IMG/VR virus record: IMGVR_UViG_3300033984_000268
Location: 1-64,000 of that record
Length of the DNA: 64,000 nucleotides
Strand: one strand, 5' to 3'
Origin: a virus
Lineage: Duplodnaviria; Caudoviricetes
Shown here: positions 1 to 8,447 of the stretch, piece by piece
Layout of the letters: every line of letters starts with the position of its first letter
Position numbering within the stretch: the first letter of the stretch is position 1
Program-made: the position numbers and the translations under genes
The notes under the pieces: model-generated
Database searches by the model: none
Seen by the model: the letters and a program-made list of their open reading frames with translations, nothing else
Told to the model about the DNA's origin: nothing

Positions 1-687
1 ATGAATACACCTGAACATGATTGGGAAGAAGCAACAAACCTATCAGAAGCAGAACAAAAACTTGTAGATAGACAACTTGCAACAATCCTTAGTGATGCTA
101 TAGAACAAGTAAAGAAATCAAGAGGTATGTATCCAAGCGAGATAGAAGAACGTATAGGAGCATTACTAAACATTGAACCACCAAAGTTTAATTGGAAAGC
201 ATACCTACGTAGATTTATTGGAAACTCAATTAAGACATCTGTACGCAAAACAAAACGCAAGAAGTCCAAACGATTCGAACATGATTTTGGTATCCGCATA
301 CACGAGCATTCACATATCCTTATCGGTATAGATTCATCGGCTTCAGTATCAACACCAGAAATAATGGAGTTCCTTGGAGAGATTAAACACATGTACAAAT
401 CAGGTCACGACTTTACATTGATATTCGCTGACACGCAAATGCAAGATCCAATCAAGTATAGTCCTAAAAAAGAACTCATCATCAAACAACGTGGTGGTAC
501 TGACTTTAATCCAGTAGTCGATTACTATCATCAACACCGCAATCGTTTCTCTACTCTCATCTATCTAACAGATGGTGAAGCACCACTTCCTGACAATCCA
601 GTTAAGAATATGTTGTGGGTTTTATCAACTATTAGTGGCGATGCAGACCACTTAAAAGAATCAGGTAAAGTAATTAAACTCAATTAA
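1..687 (+). CDS. VWA-domain protein (C-terminal part of a DUF2201-like metallopeptidase/VWA protein; probably truncated at the window start)
   Basis: MIDAS-like IGIDSSASVS, GGTDFNPV and IYLTDGEA motifs, preceded by the NWKAYLRRF motif typical of DUF2201/VWA proteins; near a MoxR-like ATPase. Confidence 0.85.
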   Translation: MNTPEHDWEEATNLSEAEQKLVDRQLATILSDAIEQVKKSRGMYPSEIEERIGALLNIEPPKFNWKAYLRRFIGNSIKTSVRKTKRKKSKRFEHDFGIRIHEHSHILIGIDSSASVSTPEIMEFLGEIKHMYKSGHDFTLIFADTQMQDPIKYSPKKELIIKQRGGTDFNPVVDYYHQHRNRFSTLIYLTDGEAPLPDNPVKNMLWVLSTISGDADHLKESGKVIKLN

Positions 688-688
688 A

Positions 689-799
689 ATGTATAGTGAA
701 GAAGAAGTTAAACAGATATTAGAAGCAACTTTAATTGAGTATTCTGATATTGTATTAGCTGATATACCAGAATGGTTTGAACAATTTAAAAAGAAATAA
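689..799 (+). CDS. small hypothetical protein, 36 aa (MYSEEEVKQILEATLIEYSDIVLADIPEWFEQFKKK), missing from the ORF track
   Basis: Read manually: ATG at 689, 1 nt after the upstream TAA; TAA at 797-799; fills the gap exactly. Confidence 0.7.
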   Translation: MYSEEEVKQILEATLIEYSDIVLADIPEWFEQFKKK

Positions 800-800
800 G

Positions 801-980
801 ATGGTAATAGCAATAATAATTTTAGCTTACATAGTTAATGTGCTACTGTCAATAAGGCTTAGAAAATTAATTCTTTACAGAAATTACATGGTATTTATAC
901 CTTACGCTTTATGTTTTATGCCTCTGACTGCTGTATTATTTTTAGTATTTGCAGCTAGATGTTGGATAAGTGATAATTAA
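801..980 (+). CDS. small membrane protein, 59 aa, two hydrophobic segments
   Basis: ATG at 801 directly follows the upstream stop; MVIAIIILAYIVNVLL and FIPYALCFMPLTAVLFLVFAA are hydrophobic. Confidence 0.55.
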   Translation: MVIAIIILAYIVNVLLSIRLRKLILYRNYMVFIPYALCFMPLTAVLFLVFAARCWISDN

Positions 981-992
981 AAAGAAATAGTT

Positions 993-1154
993 ATGAAACC
1001 TACCAGAACTATCTACATTCAACATTCAGGTGATTTAACTGCAAAAGATGTATTTGAGATGATTTCAGAAAACACTTCCAGAACTGAAGAGTATGAACAA
1101 TCTAAAAAAGAAAGAAATGAAAACAATTACAAAATCAATGATCAAGTTGTCTGA
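993..1154 (+). CDS. small hypothetical protein, 53 aa (MKPTRTIYIQHSGDL...), missing from the ORF track
   Basis: Read manually: ATG at 993 after an A-rich leader, TGA at 1152-1154; overlaps the next ORF. Confidence 0.4.
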   Translation: MKPTRTIYIQHSGDLTAKDVFEMISENTSRTEEYEQSKKERNENNYKINDQVV

Positions 1155-1329
1155 CATCCCAAAAGAGTTTCACAATGATGACATCTTTAAAGGATTAAAG
1201 GTTCACACCTACATTGAAGCTCACATAGAGAAAAAAGGTCCATTAGAAGATGGATTAACATCGTGGTTGCGCACCACATATCCGAACCTATCAAGAAAAA
1301 TTAGTTTCTTAATCCACATAGACATTTAA
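1117..1329 (+). CDS. hypothetical protein
   Basis: ORF track 1093..1329; the more likely start is ATG at 1117 after an A-rich leader. Confidence 0.55.
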   Translation: MKTITKSMIKLSDIPKEFHNDDIFKGLKVHTYIEAHIEKKGPLEDGLTSWLRTTYPNLSRKISFLIHIDI

Positions 1330-1689
1330 GTGATATACATTGAATCAGAAGCTGAACCAGAAGGTTCAATTGAAACAATTGTAGGAGTTTATTTAGAATT
1401 ATCAGATGATACAATTGCAGCAATTAGACAGGCATCGGCAGTGTTACAAATACACGAGTCGTTTGACCACATTCAATTGCATATATTAACATGCTTTGGC
1501 GAAAATAAAAGTAAGTTGGTTACTAAAGAAGGAATACCAACAGAATGGAGATACGATACAGAAGTCATACGTATCTACGGTAATACATTCAACTATAGAG
1601 CCCAAGGAAAATGGGATTCAAATGACTTGTATGAAAGCACAGACTTCGAAGTAAAAAACCTTAATAAACAAACAATATGGATAGATTAA
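1330..1689 (+). CDS. hypothetical protein
   Basis: 119-aa ORF with GTG start, abutting both neighbours. Confidence 0.6.
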   Translation: MIYIESEAEPEGSIETIVGVYLELSDDTIAAIRQASAVLQIHESFDHIQLHILTCFGENKSKLVTKEGIPTEWRYDTEVIRIYGNTFNYRAQGKWDSNDLYESTDFEVKNLNKQTIWID

Positions 1690-2861
1690 AATTAAATTCA
1701 GACGAGATTAAAGTAACATTGAAACACATTATTGAAAACAATAAAAACTTGCAAGCGCGTGGTAAAAAACCAGTTGCAATATCTATATGTGGTCCGGCTG
1801 GACTTGGTAAAACATCTTCTGTTCAAGAATTAAAAGAAGAATTAGGTATCAAACATTTCGAAAAGATTAATCTTGGACAAATGGATGAGCTTGGTGATTT
1901 AGTTGGTATTCCTGTAAAAGAATACTGGATGACTACGCCAGAAGGAAAAGGTAAATGGATTGATGAAGCGGTGATAACTGAATTCAGAACTCAAGGATAC
2001 ACATTAACTAACAACTCACGCATGGGTTACTCAAAACCATCATGGATTGCAGGTAAAGGTGAAGGTGGTGTATTAGTTCTTGATGATTACACTCGTGCTC
2101 AACCAAGATTTATGCAAGCAATCATGGAGATTATCAATGACCAGGAATATATTTCATGGAAATTACCAAAGAATTGGACTGTAATTTTGACAGAAAATCC
2201 TGATGATGGAACATATAATGTTACTGACATGGATGCTGCTGCACGTTCAAGATTTATTACAATCGATATGAAATTTGAGGTTGAACCTTGGGCTGCATGG
2301 GCTGCAAAAGATGGTATAGATGAGAGATGTATCAACTTTATGTTGATGAATCCAGAAATTATCAAACCAGAAACACCAGAGGTAAACCCAAGAGTTCTTG
2401 TTAAGTTCTTCGACTCATTGATTTCTATTCCTGATTTCAACGAACAACTACCATTGATTCAAATCATTGGTGAAGGTTCTGCAGGTCCTGAAGTAACAAG
2501 TATGTTCACGTCATTCATCCATAACAAGATGGACAAAATGATTTCTCCTAAAGAGATCTTGGACTTGACAAAACCGTTCGAAGGTATTGCACACAAAATT
2601 AAAGAACTTGTCAAAGAAGGCGTAGATTATCGTGCTGATTTAGGATACGTATTAACAACGCGTTTGATTAACCACATGTTGATTAATGTTACAGACAAAG
2701 AAATCACTACAAAGTTTTTAGAAAGAGTTAAAGACTTAACTACAAGTGATGTACTTGGTGCAGATTTAAAGTTTGTAATTGCAAAAAAAGTAATCAGTTC
2801 AAACAACAAATACAATTCATTGTTGATTGACGCTGATATTGTTGACATGATATTAGATTAA
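1677..2861 (+). CDS. MoxR-like AAA+ ATPase
   Basis: Walker A GPAGLGKT, Walker B-like VLVLDDY, sensor TENP, arginine finger AARSRF; a VWA partner lies upstream. Confidence 0.88.
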   Translation: MDRLKLNSDEIKVTLKHIIENNKNLQARGKKPVAISICGPAGLGKTSSVQELKEELGIKHFEKINLGQMDELGDLVGIPVKEYWMTTPEGKGKWIDEAVITEFRTQGYTLTNNSRMGYSKPSWIAGKGEGGVLVLDDYTRAQPRFMQAIMEIINDQEYISWKLPKNWTVILTENPDDGTYNVTDMDAAARSRFITIDMKFEVEPWAAWAAKDGIDERCINFMLMNPEIIKPETPEVNPRVLVKFFDSLISIPDFNEQLPLIQIIGEGSAGPEVTSMFTSFIHNKMDKMISPKEILDLTKPFEGIAHKIKELVKEGVDYRADLGYVLTTRLINHMLINVTDKEITTKFLERVKDLTTSDVLGADLKFVIAKKVISSNNKYNSLLIDADIVDMILD

Positions 2862-2865
2862 AAAA

Positions 2866-3867
2866 ATGAAAGTATTCAATCATGCAATCTTATTACCCCA
2901 GGAACTTTATTCTGGGGTTGATAAGATAACAGTATTAAATAATAATGGATTTGGATTCAAAGGTTATTCGTTTATAGCGATGTACATGGAGAATCAAAGA
3001 ACAGGTAAATGTGCAAGTAAAGAAATAGATGAAGACGTTAAAGAAGCAATGTTTGATTTAGGAAACCAAGTCATTTTTGGTGCAAAAAATTATGGCTTCA
3101 ATGATATACCTGCTATATGTACCAAACCATCTTTTAAAGAAAAATTAAGACATCGTATTGTAGAGGTAGCTGATTATTCTCAATATCGATTTATAACAAT
3201 TGAAAAATTGTTAGATGTATTGTCCAAAGAAGGAACAAAATTGCGTGACGATCAGGAACAAACTAAAAAGATTAATGGGATCTACGAACTATTATCAAGA
3301 GAAGTTGATGAATATGGTGATTTAGGGTTAGGTGACTATGTTTACATGCCAGCATTTGCAGTTGTACCGAAACCAGATACATGGGAGCATTTAGTGATGA
3401 TGACACCTGGAAAGATTGCAAGTGCAACTTGTTTCATATCAGATGCGGATGTAAACCTAATCCATCCTAAAGAAATAATTCATTTCTCAAATCGAAAAGT
3501 GTTAGATGAAAAGTCATTCTTTACATTAAGAGCATTACTTGAATCAACTGAAACTGAAGGAATGGCGTTAAAATTAATTGATGGTTGTAATATTAGTAAA
3601 TCATTGATGTATGTAGCATTACTAATAAATCATTTAAGACTTGGTTTAGTTCGCCAAAAGAAAAGTCCATTACCAAATGTATCATTATGGTTTACAATGC
3701 ACAATATGTTAACAGTAGATCAAATTGTAGAAACAATTAATTCTGAACAAGGTGGATTAAATAAATTAACCAATGCTGATATGGAATTTATCGCTGATAA
3801 CTATTATATTTCATCGCAACAACAAAGCAGTCATTTTGAATTTAAACTTAAACCAAAAAAAAAGTAA
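2866..3867 (+). CDS. hypothetical protein
   Basis: 333-aa ORF in operon context; no motif recognised. Confidence 0.7.
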   Translation: MKVFNHAILLPQELYSGVDKITVLNNNGFGFKGYSFIAMYMENQRTGKCASKEIDEDVKEAMFDLGNQVIFGAKNYGFNDIPAICTKPSFKEKLRHRIVEVADYSQYRFITIEKLLDVLSKEGTKLRDDQEQTKKINGIYELLSREVDEYGDLGLGDYVYMPAFAVVPKPDTWEHLVMMTPGKIASATCFISDADVNLIHPKEIIHFSNRKVLDEKSFFTLRALLESTETEGMALKLIDGCNISKSLMYVALLINHLRLGLVRQKKSPLPNVSLWFTMHNMLTVDQIVETINSEQGGLNKLTNADMEFIADNYYISSQQQSSHFEFKLKPKKK

Positions 3868-3868
3868 C

Positions 3869-4906
3869 ATGGAAAGACAATTAAATGAAGTTGAACAAGT
3901 AAATCAGGCATCATTTTATGAAAACCTGGATGAATTAAAATTAAGTGCTAGTGCAATCAAATTGTTATTAGACAGCCCAAAACATTACTTTGAGCGTTAC
4001 GTTCTTGGAAACAAAGAAGAGAAGCGTGGTAAACACTTTGATGAAGGTTCATTGGTTCACGCCTTTGTATTGGAACCAGAACACGTACAAGAAAACTTTG
4101 TAAACATGGGTGTTGCTGCACCATCTGATAAAACAAAAGATTGTATTGATTACCTACTCGCTTTAGAAAGAAGTGCAACTGAACTAGAAGAATATTTTCC
4201 TGAAATCGTAGAATTTCTGCAAGAAATTAATCTTCACCAAGCACTTGTTGATGACAAAAAACCTAACAAAGAAGGGTTTATGTTTACAGGCGACGAGAAA
4301 AGAGTAGCAAAAATTGTTACTGATAACACCAGAGAGTATTTTAGATTGATGGTTGAAGCACGTGAAAAAACGATTGTTGATTCAGCGTCTTGGCAAAAAT
4401 GTTTGGAAAAAGCAGAAGCAATTAACAGTAACCTGCATGCTCGTTTCTTATTGAACGCAACTAAATCAACTGATGAAATCAGATTTGAATTAGAATTGTC
4501 AGATAAACCTACAGAATTAAAATACCAAATTAAAGGTGTTCTGGATGTAATCAAAGTTGATCGTGAAACAAAAACAATTTACGTAAGTGATGTTAAAACA
4601 ACCAACGGAACATTAAAAGATTTTGTAACATCTTCAGAAAAATTCAACTACTGGTTGCAAGAAGCTATCTACAATCGATTAGCGCAATCATTAACTGTTG
4701 GTGCTGCCTTTGATTACAAAGTAGTGTTTCATTTCATTGTGGTTGACAGAAATAATGACGTGTATTGTTTCCCTGTATCTGAAGAATCGTCAGCAATGTG
4801 GAATGAAAACTTGAAAGAATTAATTAATGTAAAAGTTGATTATCATATTGCAAAACAAGACTTCACTTTACCATACGAATTTGCAAACAATTTAATATCT
4901 TTGTAG
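3869..4906 (+). CDS. PD-(D/E)XK exonuclease (RecE/exonuclease VIII-like)
   Basis: LSASAIKLLL, GSLVHAFVLEP, KGVLD...SDVKTT and YWLQEAIY motifs; start taken at ATG 3869. Confidence 0.82.
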   Translation: MERQLNEVEQVNQASFYENLDELKLSASAIKLLLDSPKHYFERYVLGNKEEKRGKHFDEGSLVHAFVLEPEHVQENFVNMGVAAPSDKTKDCIDYLLALERSATELEEYFPEIVEFLQEINLHQALVDDKKPNKEGFMFTGDEKRVAKIVTDNTREYFRLMVEAREKTIVDSASWQKCLEKAEAINSNLHARFLLNATKSTDEIRFELELSDKPTELKYQIKGVLDVIKVDRETKTIYVSDVKTTNGTLKDFVTSSEKFNYWLQEAIYNRLAQSLTVGAAFDYKVVFHFIVVDRNNDVYCFPVSEESSAMWNENLKELINVKVDYHIAKQDFTLPYEFANNLISL

Positions 4907-4924
4907 CCAAATAAATAATTAATT

Positions 4925-5305
4925 ATGTCAGAAGTAAACCAACAAAAAAACATGATGATTGTTTCTCAACTACACATGGGAGAACCAACATTTAGCTTAA
5001 TCGCTGTAACTGATAACTGTCCATACGTGGAGTGTGTTTACACACCACAAACAAAACAGTTAGCAATCATTACTAAAACGCAAAAGGATACGTTCCATTT
5101 CTTTCCAAGACTGGATGACAATGGTGATACCGTTCCTGCAAAGCGTAGAGTAGATGGTCGCAATTTGTACAAAGAAGAGCGTAAACAAATTAAAACTTTT
5201 TACGAATACTATCTTTCAGATGAGAAAGAAATCATTGCATTCGTCAACTTATTTGCAGTAAATGCAGAAGGTTTTAAAATTGCAAATTTCACAAAGAAAA
5301 AATAA
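4925..5305 (+). CDS. hypothetical phage protein
   Basis: 126-aa ORF with A-rich leader, followed by a terminator. Confidence 0.7.
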   Translation: MSEVNQQKNMMIVSQLHMGEPTFSLIAVTDNCPYVECVYTPQTKQLAIITKTQKDTFHFFPRLDDNGDTVPAKRRVDGRNLYKEERKQIKTFYEYYLSDEKEIIAFVNLFAVNAEGFKIANFTKKK

Positions 5306-5321
5306 TTATTTTAACATCTTG

Positions 5322-5360
5322 AAAGTGCGAGGTTCTACTTGAATCTCGCACTTTTTTATT
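5322..5360 (+). terminator. rho-independent terminator
   Basis: AAAGTGCGAGGTTC-tactt-GAATCTCGCACTTT hairpin followed by TTTTATT. Confidence 0.85.
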
Positions 5361-5369
5361 AACACGCGT

Positions 5370-5798
5370 ATGAGTTCAGTAGTTAACATAGTGAATTTAT
5401 GGTATAACGACAATAGATCTGACAAGGTTTATAATGTCAAACTCGAATTATCAGATCCAAATGAACAAAAATGGATAGTTGATTTCGAATATGGTAGAAG
5501 AGGAAATCATCTTGTTGAAGGCACTAAAACACCAACGCCAACAACATATCAAAAAGCAAAACAAATTTATGATAAACTTATTCAGTCCAAAGTAAACAAA
5601 GGATATGAGTATATTCAAAATCAAGAACAACTTCAAGCAAAAGTTTCATTGATGTTATTAAATCTACTTGATGTATTTTACAAAAAAGATTGGATTAACA
5701 ACAATGAATTCGAAAAGTTGCAAGGAATGTTACGCTCTCAAGATTGGGAGAGTCAACGATTAGCAGAGAAATTAATTAATACTAAAATTATAAAATAA
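5370..5798 (+). CDS. WGR-domain protein
   Basis: SDKVYNVKL...WIVDFEYGRRG...GTKT...AKQIYDKLIQSKVNKGY matches the WGR domain pattern (YGR variant). Confidence 0.8.
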   Translation: MSSVVNIVNLWYNDNRSDKVYNVKLELSDPNEQKWIVDFEYGRRGNHLVEGTKTPTPTTYQKAKQIYDKLIQSKVNKGYEYIQNQEQLQAKVSLMLLNLLDVFYKKDWINNNEFEKLQGMLRSQDWESQRLAEKLINTKIIK

Positions 5799-6361
5799 TG
5801 GGAGCAAGCAATTATACAAATTACGCACGTGCTAAAAACATGAATGAAGCATACAAACAATGTGTTGAAAATGCAGATGATGAATATGGTCATCAAGAAG
5901 GTTATTCAGGTGAGATAAATTGTTCAAATGGATTTACTGATAAGACATCTTCATGGAAAGCAAGCAAGTTAAAACTTGAAGATTACATCAATAGAAATGA
6001 AGATGCTGATGGAAAAGGCGGTGATGCCTGGGGTATTTGTTACAAAGAACCTGTAGGTAACACAAACAAAGTTAAATCTGTAGTTGAGCATTCTGTATTT
6101 AAAGGTACTCGAAAATGGGAATTACTTTATATCCCATCAACACCAAGTGACTCATGGATTGGAAAAGGATCTGACAACAAAGCAGATGCTGTAAAAAGAG
6201 CAAGAGAACACACTGAAAAAACAGGAGATACAACTGTTGTTAGAATAGAAAGAAGACTGTCTAAAGATTCAGGAAGTAGTCAAGTAGCAAGAATAAATTA
6301 TAAATCAAGTCCAAAAGAAGACAGAGGAAGTTATGTGTTTTTCGGATTAGCACCATGTTAA
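5798..6361 (+). CDS. hypothetical phage protein
   Basis: 187-aa ORF, TAATG-coupled to the upstream gene; N-terminal MGA...EAY...GH.EGYSGEI pattern. Confidence 0.7.
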   Translation: MGASNYTNYARAKNMNEAYKQCVENADDEYGHQEGYSGEINCSNGFTDKTSSWKASKLKLEDYINRNEDADGKGGDAWGICYKEPVGNTNKVKSVVEHSVFKGTRKWELLYIPSTPSDSWIGKGSDNKADAVKRAREHTEKTGDTTVVRIERRLSKDSGSSQVARINYKSSPKEDRGSYVFFGLAPC

Positions 6362-6362
6362 A

Positions 6363-8447
6363 ATGACATTAGCAAAAGGATATGTTTATGATTATGAAAC
6401 AACTGTAAATTGTTTTTTGGCCTGCTTCATTAATGTGCAGAATCCAAACGACATAATTTCATTTGAAATTAGTCAGTATGAAGATCAGATGATTGATTAC
6501 ATAAAATTCATCAAACAATGTATTAGCAATAAAACATTGTTGGTGTCTTATAATGGATTAAAATTTGACAGTCAAATATCAAGATATATTCTTACAGAAG
6601 GATCCAGCAACCGATTATCCGGTTTTGCTGGATCTTCCTTGGCTATTTATCAAACCGCACAAGAAGTAATTCGACGTAGTAATATACACGAGTTTCCAAT
6701 GTTTCATCCAAAAGATAATCCATTCAGAGAATGTGACATTCTTGCTATAAACAACTATGATAATCCTGCAAAAAGATCATCATTAAAATGGTTGCAATAT
6801 AGTATGGATTGGCACAATGTAGAAGACATGGCTAAAAGTCATACAGAAATGCACGATCAGAAAGACATCTTGCTGTTAAAAGCGTACTGTATTAATGACT
6901 GTTTATCTACCAGAGAATTGTTTATCAAAAACAAATCAGAGATTCTTCTACGTGGAAACTTGTCAAAACACTTTAAGTTGGACCTGCATAATGCGTCAGA
7001 ACCAAAATTAGCCAAGAAGATTTTCTTGAAATTGCTTGCCGAACGCATGGGTGTGGCTGAATACGATCTTAACAAAAAGAGAACGTACAGAAAGAAATTA
7101 GCATTGAAGGAAGTAATCTTACCATACATTGCTTTTGAAACGCCTGTGTTTAAAGAAACATTGCGTAAGTTCAAATCATTAGTCCTAGATGGTGAAAATC
7201 TAAAAGGTTCATTTAACCATGAAGTTATCTATCGTGGAATGCCAATTACATTTGCATTAGGTGGAATTCATGGTGCAAAGAAAGGTATATACAAATCAGA
7301 TAAAGACTTTATTATAAAGTCCTTTGACGTTACATCGTACTACCCCAACCTTGCTATTAGAAACAAGTGGGCTCCAGCGCATATTCCAAAAGAATTGTTC
7401 TGTGAAATCTATGAAGGATTCTTTGAAGACAGGAAGCTGTACTCCAAAAAAGATCCATTGAACTATGTGTATAAAATTTTGTTGAACGCAACGTATGGTT
7501 TATCGAACGAAGAAAACTCATTCCTAAAGGATTCCATGTTCACTATGCGTATAACAGTAAATGGTCAGCTGCTGCTTGTCTTATTAATGGAAAAGATATG
7601 CGAAACTATTCCTGGAGCACGTCCTGTAATGATTAATACAGATGGTGCAGAGATTATCATACCAAGAGAATATGAAGGCTTGTACACGCAGTTATGTGAA
7701 GAATGGGAAGAACTAACAATGCTTAATCTTGAGTATGAAAACTATCAAAAATTAATTACACCTGACATTAATAACTACATTGGTATTTATGAAGGTAAGG
7801 AAATTGATGAAGCAACTGCTTTAGAAAGGATTCAAGAGGTTCCAAAACCATTAATCAAACGAACGCGTGATGGAAAGTTTAAATACTTTGGTGTAAAATG
7901 CAAAGGTAGATTTGAAGTTGATAAACCCTTGCACAAAAATAAAAGTTACAGGATTAACCGATTGGCGTTCTATAATTATTTTGTACATGGTATGCAACCA
8001 GAAGTTACAATTGCACAAAACAAGAGTATATATGATTACTGTGCAGGAGTTAGAGCAAAAGGTGAATGGAAATTTGTAGCAACTTGTTTAGAAGATGGTT
8101 CTATAATTGATAACAAACTTCCAAAAACACTTCGTTATTATGTATCCACACAAGGATGCAAACTTCGAAAGTTAAAAGAAGAATGGGGTGTTCCAGTTAA
8201 ACCTACAACAGAAGATTTATTTTCAGAACAAGCAATATGGTCAAATACACCTATACTGTTACAAGTAAAATCTATCAAACTGGAAGCAGATAAATGCATG
8301 GAACAACTAGTAAACAGAGTGGATCCAAAAAAACAATTTGAAGACTATGATGTTGACTATAAATTCTATATTAAAAAAATAAGAAAAGAGATCAAAAATA
8401 TTGATCCGGAGTATTCACAAGCAATGCAAGATTTTTATGCAGAATAG
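6363..8447 (+). CDS. polB: family B DNA polymerase with 3'-5' exonuclease
   Basis: ExoI YDYET, ExoII YNGLKFD, ExoIII YCIND; polymerase motifs DVTSYYPN, KILLNATYG and NTDG. Confidence 0.93.
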   Translation: MTLAKGYVYDYETTVNCFLACFINVQNPNDIISFEISQYEDQMIDYIKFIKQCISNKTLLVSYNGLKFDSQISRYILTEGSSNRLSGFAGSSLAIYQTAQEVIRRSNIHEFPMFHPKDNPFRECDILAINNYDNPAKRSSLKWLQYSMDWHNVEDMAKSHTEMHDQKDILLLKAYCINDCLSTRELFIKNKSEILLRGNLSKHFKLDLHNASEPKLAKKIFLKLLAERMGVAEYDLNKKRTYRKKLALKEVILPYIAFETPVFKETLRKFKSLVLDGENLKGSFNHEVIYRGMPITFALGGIHGAKKGIYKSDKDFIIKSFDVTSYYPNLAIRNKWAPAHIPKELFCEIYEGFFEDRKLYSKKDPLNYVYKILLNATYGLSNEENSFLKDSMFTMRITVNGQLLLVLLMEKICETIPGARPVMINTDGAEIIIPREYEGLYTQLCEEWEELTMLNLEYENYQKLITPDINNYIGIYEGKEIDEATALERIQEVPKPLIKRTRDGKFKYFGVKCKGRFEVDKPLHKNKSYRINRLAFYNYFVHGMQPEVTIAQNKSIYDYCAGVRAKGEWKFVATCLEDGSIIDNKLPKTLRYYVSTQGCKLRKLKEEWGVPVKPTTEDLFSEQAIWSNTPILLQVKSIKLEADKCMEQLVNRVDPKKQFEDYDVDYKFYIKKIRKEIKNIDPEYSQAMQDFYAE

